This document shows, in pieces, positions 24,671 through 37,800 of a stretch of DNA of 64,000 bases. Made by a program: the position numbers and the translations under genes. Every line of letters begins with the position of its first letter. The stretch's first letter is position 1. The stretch comes from Psammoneis japonica. Lineage: Eukaryota. Below the pieces are notes generated by a model, which ran no database searches, was not told where the DNA came from, and saw only the letters and a program-made list of their open reading frames with translations. The stretch lies in assembly GCA_008632985.1 (NCBI GenBank), contig QPGO01000045.1, positions 310,001 to 374,000 of the forward strand, given 5' to 3'.

Positions 24671-27600
24671 GACTATCCGTCGGATCGGTGTTGTCGATGT
24701 TATGGCTAACATGGTCGTATCTCTGTCGTCGACAAAGCCGGCAAGCTCCTGTTGAAGTAGTGGCGTTGCTGAAGGGCATGATTGAAGATGGGGAGCTGGC
24801 ACTACCGCATGGGCTCACCTGTGGTACGAAGCATCTACTTGATGCCGGATGGGCAGAAGCGGATTTTGAAGAAATGGCGGTTGCTTGTGCAATCTTTTTT
24901 GATGGTCTAGTGCAGCTTTTTTCATTTTCTTTGCAGTCTTTGGATCCTGTTGCTTTTTGGCTCGGCTAGGGTTTTGTGATGGTGCAAGATGAAATCTTGA
25001 ATCAGAATTCGGCAGATTCGTTCAGTGGGGCGTATTGACGTGCTGCTTTTTCAAATCAGGCAACGTAAAACTATCTGTTTGATTGTGGTGCTACCTTGCT
25101 GGCAGTCACTTTCTTTTTGCTGGCCGCCACCACTTCTACTGGAAGCAGAATATTCCGAATCATGTGACAGTCGCGTCAAGAGCATTCGGCGAGCGTTGCG
25201 TTGCGTTGCGAAGACCAAATGCTAAAAGAATCTAAGATTGGAGCCCGAAAACGAAAAGACACTGCTGACGCCGCCGGGGAGCAAAGAGCGCAACGACATA
25301 GCGTCTCGGGAGGAGCCGACGTGACCAATTGTTGCTACATCGACAAGTTCGTAAGGCTGGAGAGTCAATCACAACGGTTGCGTATCCAAGACTAGCAGTT
25401 GGGGAAAGCATGTGGCAGTTGCAAGTTCTGAAAGTCCTGCTCGACAAATTGCGTCTAATAGTGATAGTAGCAAGTCTCCAGCACGCGAAAAGAAGCGCAT
25501 CAAGCCAGAGGTTGTCTCATCCGGTAGAAAGGACACCACAATGACTGCATCTGCGATGTTGGCTGAAACTGAACACGGAATTTTCGACGGCGAGTCTGAT
25601 TTTGTCCTGACTCCACCCAATGGGAAGCGAATCGTTTCTGTTCACCCGGACTTAGCCAATCAAATGAAGGAGGTAACAACTTCGCATCGTATGCTGCACT
25701 ACTATCCTGACATTCTATTTTGCCTCACTCGAAAAGTGTTATAAATGTATCTCCCTCATTTCAGCATCAGAAAGATGTGATCAAATCCATGTGGGACAAC
25801 GTTTACTGTGACTTTTCTACGATGTCCGACGATGAAGCCTATGTGGCAAAGGTAGACGGCAATGAAACTTTGGTTTATTCCAACCAATCGCTTGGCGGAT
25901 GTATCCTTGCCAAGTGTGGGACTTGGCAAGTCGCTCCAAGCGATTGTGTTGCTTCATACCTTACTTCATCACCCTTCTTTGAATGTGTCGGGTATCCCTC
26001 TGTTTCGTACGGCGCTTCTCGTTGTCCCAACCAATACCGTACGTATCATACAATCCGGTCGGGTTCTTGCTTTGCTGTGTACGATCTCCGTTCTGACACG
26101 TTGTCTTATTCTTGATCTTGGCGCCACTAGTTGATAAACTGGGAGAGCGAATTCCGAAAGTGGGTAGCGTCTCTCCGGCCCGACACCAACACTTTTAATC
26201 TGAATGACGTAAACAGTTCTTCTCGGGGTAAAACGATCAAAGCTTGTAGCGACAGAGGTGGCGTTCTTCTTATGACTGTGCATGCGTCGTTTTGCTTCTC
26301 TCAAGAAGATCTCCAGGTTGATTTAATTTCTCTATTTGTGAGTAGTTGTTTCAATTACTCTGAAATAGAGAAATTCCCAGGAAGGGGTGAAATTGAATAA
26401 AAAAATTACGAGGAGTCCATGAGCCTTTCTCTGATTATAATCGATTTATTCTCTGCAACACAGCACAGAGCCCTGTCGCCTATCGAGCGCGTGATTTTTT
26501 GAGTTAGTGCTCAAATAAAAACAACAAACAATTGCGACTGCAGCGAAGCCGCAGCCGCTGATAGCTTTAGCGACAGACAAAGCCTGAGAATCCGGCTAGT
26601 GTCGAGCCCTTGCTGTGGTTGTCGTTGTCATCTTGCTGTCGCAAGAGAAAGATCCGAAGAGCATCCACGGATTCCTCGGAGCGGAGAGAAATTTCAAATT
26701 TCGCACCGCTGTTGGTCGTGCTTGCCTCATAGTTCCGTTGAGCAATTTTCATCACCATGGCGACATACTACTGCCTTCACATGAACCGGAAAGGGGAATT
26801 TACCTTTGACGATGATGTCCCCCCTCGTCCCTTGTTCAGGAACCCAGAGACCAGCGCCGTCTATCGCATCGACGACCTTGGAGGCGATGCCGTCTCTGTT
26901 GGTGATAACGGAGACCCTCACGCCGACGACGGTGTGCCCATTGCGCAACCGGAAGATCGCCTTCAAGCTTTTATGGACTATGGCGCGAGTAGCAGGGTAG
27001 ACCTTCAGGAGGCCCGGGCCACACTCATCCCAGAACCTGAATTACTAGCTTCCGGCTCCGATCCCAATCGGCTTGACAATGTCCTAGCCAGGGCCCGTGA
27101 AGGGGGGATTGTCTTTCGAAAGAAAACGAAGGAAATCCAGGCCTTGTTGAAGCTAATCTCATCGGATTCTACTGGCGCTACGAAATCACAAACGTCTTCT
27201 AAGAGAGGCCCCAAGCCTGGGAACAAAGCATTCCTAACAAACCATGGCTTGGAAAGAGTGTTCATTGCACGTAAGCAGCTGCGAGTTCGAAATGATGGCG
27301 AGAAGGCCAAGTACGGGGAGCTTGAAGAGAAGATTGTTTCCTATTGTCAAGGAGACTATGGCCAGGAGTCCAACGGCCTTTCAGGGCCACAAAAGATTCT
27401 CTACAAAGCTATGTTTCAGGAAGTGACAGGTCGGAACAGGGAAACGGGCATGCGAAAGCTACTTCCAGACCATTTATTGGTCATGGCGCAGTTGGCTTGC
27501 CAGCTTGACATGGATGCCAAGGAAGACAACCCCGACGCTTACCCAGTGTTTGCTCGGGACTTTGCGCGCTATTTGATCTTTGTAATCTTTGACCTTGGGG

Positions 27601-28471
27601 AACACAAAATCAGCAAACGGTATAGGACCCTTTGAAGGAAATGAACCTCCCACAACCCGAAGGAAACCCCAAGGACGATACATGGGCGACGAGGAGGTTT
27701 GCGATGTGCTCCTTTATTGGCGCCATCATTGACAAAGGGCCACTAATGCAACATGTTGTGGATATGGCTGTGGACAAAGCCATAGCTACTAGCCCCGCCA
27801 AACCCAACCGCGGTGGTGACTACCCTCCCGGTGTTCTGCCAAAGAATTTTCATCGGTGGCTAGAGAATTCTTATGCTGCAGATGATTTTGCTGGGCTACA
27901 AGGTACTCTTACTCCTATTATGGCTGAGGTTCACGAATTTACAACGATCCAAGTTCCCAGTGAGCGTCACGGTAGTGTTAGACTCACGCTAAAGCCTTGC
28001 GACGAGTTGCGAGTGAAAGATGGCGACAAGTACTACACAGCCCGCGAATCAGACAACCAATTCGTCACGGCGCATGAATCGGTGGAAGAGATCAACAACT
28101 TAGTGCCTTGTGGTGCCACGAACGGTCACGACAAGGACGTCCCGCTTCTCGCGGCTGCTTCGAGTGAAACAATCACAAGTGTCGAAGCCGAGGATACGAA
28201 AGCTACCGACGACGGCGACTCACAGTTCCTTCACAGCATCGAGGGACTTTTGGCACGCCGGCGTAACGGTGAGTTTGACGATCCCACACTGATGTGTCAG
28301 CTGCAGATGCTGTTGGAAGATGGTTGCACACCCAGCCACAAAGAGAACCGCGGCTTTGGTTCCGCCATCGATGGGCTCACAGTAACACCGAGAGGGTTCG
28401 AGCATTCTATTCTATATGCTGAAAAGCGAGCTGACTGCCCTAAGCAGGTGTCCAAGTATTTGCGAGATCAC
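24572..28471 (+). repeat. Large tandem unit 1 (3900 bp; one copy of the 581-bp segment at 25918-26498)
   Basis: Starts GTGGTGTTTCCAAGTCGAG, which recurs at 28472, 34696 and 40346. Confidence 0.95.
25541..26280 (+). pseudogene. ATRX/RAD54L2-like SNF2 ATPase N-terminal fragment (repeated in each unit)
   Basis: Spliced reading LANQMKE|HQKDVIKSMWDN...GGCILA/GLGKSLQ (motif I, frameshifted)...TALLVVPTNT|LINWESEFRKW...GGVLLM. Introns lie at about 25673-25764 and 26039-26130. The fragment ends before the DExH motif. Confidence 0.8.
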
Positions 28472-28609
28472 GTGGTGTTTCCAAGTCGAGTAAAAAAAAG
28501 CAGTGCCGACGAAGATGTCGGTGGTGCATCATCTCAAATGTTTGGTATTCTACTCTTGTTTATCAGTCTCGACTATCCGTCGGATCGGTGTTGTCGATGT
28601 TATGGCTAA
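26757..28609 (+). pseudogene. 5' part of the kinase gene, truncated before the kinase domain and fused to a transporter-derived tail (unit 1)
   Basis: Matches 44275-45989 and continues YLRDHV-VFPSRVKKSSADEDVGGASSQMFGILLLFISL. There is a 1-bp homopolymer frameshift near 27632. Confidence 0.75.
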
Positions 28610-31600
28610 CATGGTCGTATCTCTGTCGTCGACAAAGCCGGCAAGCTCCTGTTGAAGTAGTGGCGTTGCTGAAGGGCATGATTGAAGATGGGGAGCTGGC
28701 ACTACCGCATGGGCTCACCTGTGGTACGAAGCATCTACTTGATGCCGGATGGGCAGAAGCGGATTTTGAAGAAATGGCGGTTGCTTGTGCAATCTTTTTT
28801 GATGGTCTAGTGCAGCTTTTTTCATTTTCTTTGCAGTCTTTGGATCCTGTTGCTTTTTGGCTCGGCTAGGGTTTTGTGATGGTGCAAGATGAAATCTTGA
28901 ATCAGAATTCGGCAGATTCGTTCAGTGGGGCGTATTGACGTGCTGCTTTTTCAAATCAGGCAACGTAAAACTATCTGTTTGATTGTGGTGCTACCTTGCT
29001 GGCAGTCACTTTCTTTTTGCTGGCCGCCACCACTTCTACTGGAAGCAGAATATTCCGAATCATGTGACAGTCGCGTCAAGAGCATTCGGCGAGCGTTGCG
29101 TTGCGTTGCGAAGACCAAATGCTAAAAGAATCTAAGATTGGAGCCCGAAAACGAAAAGACACTGCTGACGCCGCCGGGGAGCAAAGAGCGCAACGACATA
29201 GCGTCTCGGGAGGAGTCCGACGTGACCAATTGTTGCTACATCGACAAGTTCGTAAGGCTGGAGAGTCAATCACAACGGTTGCGTATCCAAGACTAGCAGT
29301 TGGGGAAAGCATGTGGCAGTTGCAAGTTCTGAAAGTCCTGCTCGACAAATTGCGTCTAATAGTGATAGTAGCAAGTCTCCAGCACGCGAAAAGAAGCGCA
29401 TCAAGCCAGAGGTTGTCTCATCCGTAGAAAGGACACCACAATGACTGCATCTGCGATGTTGGCTGAAACTGAACACGGAATTTTCGACGGCGAGTCTGAT
29501 TTTGTCCTGACTCCACCCAATGGGAAGCGAATCGTTTCTGTTCACCCGGACTTAGCCAATCAAATGAAGGAGGTAACAACTTCGCATCGTATGCTGCACT
29601 GCTATCCTGACATTCTATTTTGCCTCACTCGAAAAGTGTTATAAATGTATCTCCCTCATTTCAGCATCAGAAAGATGTGATCAAATCCATGTGGGACAAC
29701 GTTTACTGTGACTTTTCTACGATGTCCGACGATGAAGCCTATGTGGCAAAGGTAGACGGCAATGAAACTTTGGTTTATTCCAACCAATCGCTTGGCGGAT
29801 GTATCCTTGCCAAGTGTGGGACTTGGCAAGTCGCTCCAAGCGATTGTGTTGCTTCATACCTTACTTCATCACCCTTCTTTGAATGTGTCGGGTATCCCTC
29901 TGTTTCGTACGGCGCTTCTCGTTGTCCCAACCAATACCGTACGTATCATACAATCCGGTCGGGTTCTTGCTTTGCAGTGTACGATCTCCGTTCTGACACG
30001 TTGTCTTATTCTTGATCTTGGCGCCACTAGTTGATAAACTGGGAGAGCGAATTCCGAAAGTGGGTAGCGTCTCTCCGGCCCGACACCAACACTTTTAATC
30101 TGAATGACGTAAACAGTTCTTCTCGGGGTAAAACGATCAAAGCTTGTAGCGACAGAGGTGGCGTTCTTCTTATGACTGTGCATGCGTCGTTTTGCTTCTC
30201 TCAAGAAGATCTCCAGGTTGATTTAATTTCTCTATTTGTGAGTAGTTGTTTCAATTACTCTGAAATAGAGAAATTCCCAGGAAGGGGTGAAATTGAATAA
30301 ATAAATTACGAGGAGTCCATGAGCCTTTCTCTGATTATAATCGATTTATTCTCTGCAACACAGCACAGAGCCCTGTCGCCTATCGAGCGCGTGATTTTGG
30401 GACTTGGCAAGTCGCTCCAAGCGATTGTGTTGCTTCATACCTTACTTCATCACCCTTCTTTGAATGTGTCGGGTATCCCTCTGTTTCGTACGGCGCTTCT
30501 CGTTGTCCCAACCAATGCCGCACGCATCATACAATCCGGTCGGGTTCTTGCTTTGCTGTGTACGATCTCCGTTCTGACACGTTGTCTTATTCTTGATCTT
30601 GGCGCCACCAGTTGATAAACTGGGAGAGCGAATTCCGAAAGTGGGTAGCGTCTCTCCGGCCCGACACCAACACTTTTAATCTGAATGACGCAAACAGTTC
30701 TTCTCGGGGTAAAACGATCAAAGCTTGTAGCGACAGAGGTGGCGTTCTTCTTGTGACTGTGCATGCGTCGTTTTGCTTCTCTCAAGAAGATCTCCAGGTT
30801 GATTTAATTTCTCTATTTGTGAGCAGTTGTTTCAATTACTCTGAAATAGAGAAATTCCCAGGAAGGGGTGAAATTGAACAAATAAATTGCGAGGAGTCCA
30901 TGAGCCTTTCTCTGATTGTAATCGATTTGTTCTCTGCAACACAGCACAGAGCCCTGTCGCCTGTCGAGCGCGTGATTTGGGACTTGGCAAGTCGCTCCAA
31001 GCGATTGTGTTGCTTCATACCTTGCTTCATCACCCTTCTTTGAATGTGTCGGGCATCCCTCTGTTTCGTACGGCGCTTCTCGTTGTCCCAACCAATGCCG
31101 CACGCATCACACAATCCGGTTGGGTTCTTGCTTTGCTGTGTGCGATCTCCGTTCTGACACGTTGTCTCATTCTTGATCTTGGCGCCACTGGTTGATAAAC
31201 TGGGAGAGCGAATTCCGAAAGTGGGTGGCGTCTCTCCGGCCCGACACCAACACTTTTAATCTGAATGACGTGAACAGTTCTTCTCGGGGTAAAACGATCA
31301 AAGCTTGTAGCGACAGAGGTGGCGTTCTTCTCATGACTGTGCATGCGTCGTTTTGCTTCTCTCAAGAAGATCTCCAGGTTGATTTAATTTCTCTGTTTGT
31401 GAGCAGTTGTTTCAATTGCCCTGAAATGGAGAAATCCCCAGGAAGGGGTGAAATTGAATGAACAAACCATGAGGAGTCCATGAGCCTTTCTCTGATTGTG
31501 ATCGATTTGTTCTCTGCAACACAGCACAGAGCCCTGTCGCCTGTCGAGCGCGTGATTTTGGGACTTGGCAAGTCGCTCCAAGCGATTGTGTTGCTTCACA

Positions 31601-34600
31601 CCTTACTTCATCACCCTTCTTTGAATGTGTCGGGCATCCCTCTGTTTCGCACGGCGCTTCTCGTTGTCCCAACCAATGCCGTGCGCATCATGCAATCCGG
31701 TCGGGTTCTTGCTTTGCTGTGTACGATCTCCGTTCTGACACGTTGTCTTGTTCTTGATCTTGGCGCCACCAGTTGATAAACTGGGAGAGCGAATTCCGAA
31801 AGTGGGCAGCGTCTCTCCGGCCCGACACCAACACTTTTAATCTGAATGACGCAAACAGTTCTTCTCGGGGTAAAACGATCAAAGCTTGTAGCGACAGAGG
31901 TGGCGTTCTTCTCACGACTGTGCATGCGTCATTTTGCTTCTCTCAAGAAGATCTCCAGGTTGATTTAATTTCTCTGTTTGTGAGCAGTTGTTTCAATTGC
32001 TCTGAAACAGAGAAATTCCCAGGAAGGGGTGAAATTGAACAAACAAACCACGAGGAGTCCATGAGCCTTTCTCTGATTACAATCGATTTGTTCTCTGCAA
32101 CACAGCACAGAGCCCTGTCGCCTGTCGAGCGCGTGATTTTGGGACTTGGCAAGTCGCTCCAAGCGATTGTGTTGCTTCACACCTTGCTTCATCACCCTTC
32201 TTTGAATGTGTCGGGTGTCCCTCTGTTTCGTACGGCGCTTCTCGTTGTCCCAACCAATGCCGCACGTATCATACAATCCGGTCGGGTTCTTGCTTTGCTG
32301 TGTACGATCTCCGTTCTGACACGTTGTCTTGTTCTTGATCTTGGCGCCACTGGTTGACAAGCTGGGAGAGCGAATTCCGAAAGTGGGCAGCGTCTCTCCG
32401 GCCCGACACCAACACTTTTAATCTGAATGACGCAAACAGTTCTTCTCGGGGTAAAACGATCAAAGCTTGTAGCGACAGAGGTGGCGTTCTTCTTATGACT
32501 GTGCATGCGTCGTTTTGCTTCTCTCAAGAAGATCTCCAGGTTGATTTAATTTCTCTATTTGTGAGTAGTTGTTTCAATTACTCTGAAATAGAGAAATTCC
32601 CAGGAAGGGGTGAAATTGAATAAATAAATTACGAGGAGTCCATGAGCCTTTCTCTGATTATAATCGATTTATTCTCTGCAACACAGCACAGAGCCCTGTC
32701 GCCTATCGAGCGCGTGATTTTTTGAGTTAGTGCTCAAATAAAAACAACAAACAATTGCGACTGCAGCGAAGCCGCAGCCGCTGATAGCTTTAGCGACAGA
32801 CAAAGCCTGAGAATCCGGCTAGTGTCGAGCCCTTGCTGTGGTTGTCGTTGTCATCTTGCTGTCGCAAGAGAAAGATCCGAAGAGCATCCACGGATTCCTC
32901 GGAGCGGAGAGAAATTTCAAATTTCGCACCGCTGTTGGTCGTGCTTGCCTCATAGTTCCGTTGAGCAATTTTCATCACCATGGCGACATACTACTGCCTT
33001 CACATGAACCGGAAAGGGGAATTTACCTTTGACGATGATGTCCCCCCTCGTCCCTTGTTCAGGAACCCAGAGACCAGCGCCGTCTATCGCATCGACGACC
33101 TTGGAGGCGATGCCGTCTCTGTTGGTGATAACGGAGACCCTCACGCCGACGACGGTGTGCCCATTGCGCAACCGGAAGATCGCCTTCAAGCTTTTATGGA
33201 CTATGGCGCGAGTAGCAGGGTAGACCTTCAGGAGGCCCGGGCCACACTCATCCCAGAACCTGAATTACTAGCTTCCGGCTCCGATCCCAATCGGCTTGAC
33301 AATGTCCTAGCCAGGGCCCGTGAAGGGGGGATTGTCTTTCGAAAGAAAACGAAGGAAATCCAGGCCTTGTTGAAGCTAATCTCATCGGATTCTACTGGCG
33401 CTACGAAATCACAAACGTCTTCTAAGAGAGGCCCCAAGCCTGGGAACAAAGCATTCCTAACAAACCATGGCTTGGAAAGAGTGTTCATTGCACGTAAGCA
33501 GCTGCGAGTTCGAAATGATGGCGAGAAGGCCAAGTACGGGGAGCTTGAAGAGAAGATTGTTTCCTATTGTCAAGGAGACTATGGCCAGGAGTCCAACGGC
33601 CTTTCAGGGCCACAAAAGATTCTCTACAAAGCTATGTTTCAGGAAGTGACAGGTCGGAACAGGGAAACGGGCATGCGAAAGCTACTTCCAGACCATTTAT
33701 TGGTCATGGCGCAGTTGGCTTGCCAGCTTGACATGGATGCCAAGGAAGACAACCCCGACGCTTACCCAGTGTTTGCTCGGGACTTTGCGCGCTATTTGAT
33801 CTTTGTAATCTTTGACCTTGGGGAACACAAAATCAGCAAACGGTATAGGACCCTTTTGAAGGAAATGAACCTCCCACAACCCGAAGGAAACCCCAAGGAC
33901 GATACATGGGCGACGAGGAGGTTTGCGATGTGCTCCTTTATTGGCGCCATCATTGACAAAGGGCCACTAATGCAACATGTTGTGGATATGGCTGTGGACA
34001 AAGCCATAGCTACTAGCCCGCCAAACCCAACCGCGGTGGTGACTACCCTCCCGGTGTTCTGCCAAAGAATTTTCATCGGTGGCTAGAGAATTCTTATGCT
34101 GCAGATGATTTTGCTGGGCTACAAGGTACTCTTACTCCTATTATGGCTGAGGTTCACGAATTTACAACGATCCAAGTTCCCAGTGAGCGTCACGGTAGTG
34201 TTAGACTCACGCTAAAGCCTTGCGACGAGTTGCGAGTGAAAGATGGCGACAAGTACTACACAGCCCGCGAATCAGACAACCAATTCGTCACGGGCGCATG
34301 AATCGGTGGAAGAGATCAACAACTTAGTGCCTTGTGGTGCCACGAACGGTCACGACAAGGACGTCCCGCTTCTCGCGGCTGCTTCGAGTGAAACAATCAC
34401 AAGTGTCGAAGCCGAGGATACGAAAGCTACCGACGACGGCGACTCACAGTTCCTTCACAGCATCGAGGGACTTTTGGCACGCCGGCGTAACGGTGAGTTT
34501 GACGATCCCACACTGATGTGTCAGCTGCAGATGCTGTTGGAAGATGGTTGCACACCCAGCCACAAAGAGAACCGCGGCTTTGGTTCCGCCATCGATGGGC

Positions 34601-34695
34601 TCACAGTAACACCGAGAGGGTTCGAGCATTCTATTCTATATGCTGAAAAGCGAGCTGACTGCCCTAAGCAGGTGTCCAAGTATTTGCGAGATCAC
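28472..34695 (+). repeat. Large tandem unit 2 (6224 bp = 3900 + 4x581)
   Basis: Near-identical to unit 1 apart from the internal array. Confidence 0.95.
29818..32721 (+). repeat. 581-bp tandem array, 5 copies
   Basis: GGGACTTGGCAAGTCGCTCC at 29818, 30399, 30979, 31560 and 32141. Confidence 0.95.
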
Positions 34696-34833
34696 GTGGT
34701 GTTTCCAAGTCGAGTAAAAAAAAGCAGTGCCGACGAAGATGTCGGTGGTGCATCATCTCAAATGTTTGGTATTCTACTCTTGTTTATCAGTCTCGACTAT
34801 CCGTCGGATCGGTGTTGTCGATGTTATGGCTAA
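32980..34833 (+). pseudogene. Truncated chimeric kinase 5' copy (unit 2)
   Basis: Same sequence as the other units, with 1-bp indels near 34020 and 34292. Confidence 0.75.
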
Positions 34834-37800
34834 CATGGTCGTATCTCTGTCGTCGACAAAGCCGGCAAGCTCCTGTTGAAGTAGTGGCGTTGCTGAAGGG
34901 CATGATTGAAGATGGGGAGCTGGCACTACCGCATGGGCTCACCTGTGGTACGAAGCATCTACTTGATGCCGGATGGGCAGAAGCGGATTTTGAAGAAATG
35001 GCGGTTGCTTGTGCAATCTTTTTTGATGGTCTAGTGCAGCTTTTTTCATTTTCTTTGCAGTCTTTGGATCCTGTTGCTTTTTTGGCTCGGCTAGGGTTTT
35101 GTGATGGTGCAAGATGAAATCTTGAATCAGAATTCGGCAGATTCGTTCAGTGGGGCGTATTGACGTGCTGCTTTTTCAAATCAGGCAACGTAAAACTATC
35201 TGTTTGATTGTGGTGCTACCTTGCTGGCAGTCACTTTCTTTTTGCTGGCCGCCACCACTTCTACTGGAAGCAGAATATTCCGAATCATGTGACAGTCGCG
35301 TCAAGAGCATTCGGCGAGCGTTGCGTTGCGTTGCGTTGCGAAGACCAAATGCTAAAAGAATCTAAGATTGGAGCCCGAAAACGAAAAGACACTGCTGACG
35401 CCGCCGGGGAGCAAAGAGCGCAACGACATAGCGTCTCGGGAGGAGTCCGACGTGACCAATTGTTGCTACATCGACAAGTTCGTAAGGCTGGAGAGTCAAT
35501 CACAACGGTTGCGTATCCAAGACTAGCAGTTGGGGAAAGCATGTGGCAGTTGCAAGTTCTGAAAGTCCTGCTCGACAAATTGCGTCTAATAGTGATAGTA
35601 GCAAGTCTCCAGCACGCGAAAAGAAGCGCATCAAGCCAGAGGTTGTCTCATCCGGTAGAAAGGACACCACAATGACTGCATCTGCGATGTTGGCTGAAAC
35701 TGAACACGGAATTTTCGACGGCGAGTCTGATTTTGTCCTGACTCCACCCAATGGGAAGCGAATCGTTTCTGTTCACCCGGACTTAGCCAATCAAATGAAG
35801 GAGGTAACAACTTCGCATCGTATGCTGCACTGCTATCCTGACATTCTATTTTGCCTCACTCGAAAAGTGTTATAAATGTATCTCCCTCATTTCAGCATCA
35901 GAAAGATGTGATCAAATCCATGTGGGACAACGTTTACTGTGACTTTTCTACGATGTCCGACGATGAAGCCTATGTGGCAAAGGTAGACGGCAATGAAACT
36001 TTGGTTTATTCCAACCAATCGCTTGGCGGATGTATCCTTGCCAAGTGTGGGACTTGGCAAGTCGCTCCAAGCGATTGTGTTGCTTCATACCTTACTTCAT
36101 CACCCTTCTTTGAATGTGTCGGGTATCCCTCTGTTTCGTACGGCGCTTCTCGTTGTCCCAACCAATACCGTACGTATCATACAATCCGGTCGGGTTCTTG
36201 CTTTGCTGTGTACGATCTCCGTTCTGACACGTTGTCTTATTCTTGATCTTGGCGCCACTAGTTGATAAACTGGGAGAGCGAATTCCGAAAGTGGGTAGCG
36301 TCTCTCCGGCCCGACACCAACACTTTTAATCTGAATGACGTAAACAGTTCTTCTCGGGGTAAAACGATCAAAGCTTGTAGCGACAGAGGTGGCGTTCTTC
36401 TTATGACTGTGCATGCGTCGTTTTGCTTCTCTCAAGAAGATCTCCAGGTTGATTTAATTTCTCTATTTGTGAGTAGTTGTTTCAATTACTCTGAAATAGA
36501 GAAATTCCCAGGAAGGGGTGAAATTGAATAAATAAATTACGAGGAGTCCATGAGCCTTTCTCTGATTATAATCGATTTATTCTCTGCAACACAGCACAGA
36601 GCCCTGTCGCCTATCGAGCGCGTGATTTTGGGACTTGGCAAGTCGCTCCAAGCGATTGTGTTGCTTCATACCTTACTTCATCACCCTTCTTTGAATGTGT
36701 CGGGTGTCCCTCTGTTTCGTACGGCGCTTCTCGTTGTCCCAACCAATGCCGTGCGCATCGTGCAATCCGGTCGGGTTCTTGCTTTGCTGTGTGCGATCTC
36801 CGTTCTGACACGTTGTCTTGTTCTTGATCTTGGCGCCACCAGTTGATAAACTGGGAGAGCGAATTCCGAAAGTGGGTAGCGTCTCTCCGGCCCGACACCA
36901 ACACTTTTAATCTGAATGACGCAAACAGTTCTTCTCGGGGTAAAACGATCAAAGCTTGTAGCGACAGAGGTGGCGTTCTTCTTGTGACTGTGCATGCGTC
37001 GTTTTGCTTCTCTCAAGAAGATCTCCAGGTTGATTTAATTTCTCTGTTTGTGAGCAGTTGTTTCAATTACCCTGAAATAGAGAAATCCCCAGGAAGGGGT
37101 GAAATTGAGTGAACAAATTGCGAGGAGTCCATGAGCCTTTCTCTGATTGTAGTCGATTTGTTCTCTGCAACACAGCACAGAGCCCTGTCGCCTGTCGAGC
37201 GCGTGATTTTGGGACTTGGCAAGTCGCTCCAAGCGATTGTGTTGCTTCGTGCCTCACTTCATCACCCTTCTTTGAATGTGTCGGGTGTCCCTCTGTTTCG
37301 CACGGCGCTTCTCGTTGTCCCAACCAATGCCGCACGCATCATACAATCCGGTCGGGTTCTTGCTTTGCTGTGTGCGATCTCCGTTCTGACACGTTGTCTT
37401 GTTCTTGATCTTGGCGCCACTAGTTGACAAACTGGGAGAGCGAATTCCGAAAGTGGGCAGCGTCTCTCCGGCCCGACACCAACACTTTTAATCTGAATGA
37501 CGCAAACAGTTCTTCTCGGGGTAAAACGATCAAAGCTTGTAGCGACAGAGGTGGCGTTCTTCTTATGACTGTGCATGCGTCGTTTTGCTTCTCTCAAGAA
37601 GATCTCCAGGTTGATTTAATTTCTCCATTTGTGAGTGGTTGTTTCAACCACCCTGAAATAGAGAAATTCCCAGGAAGGGGTGAAATTGAACAAATAAATT
37701 ACGAGGAGTCCATGAGCCTTTCTCTGATTGTGGTCGATTTGTTCTCTGCAACACAGCACAGAGCCCTGTCGCCCATCGAGCGCGTGATTTTGGGACTTGG

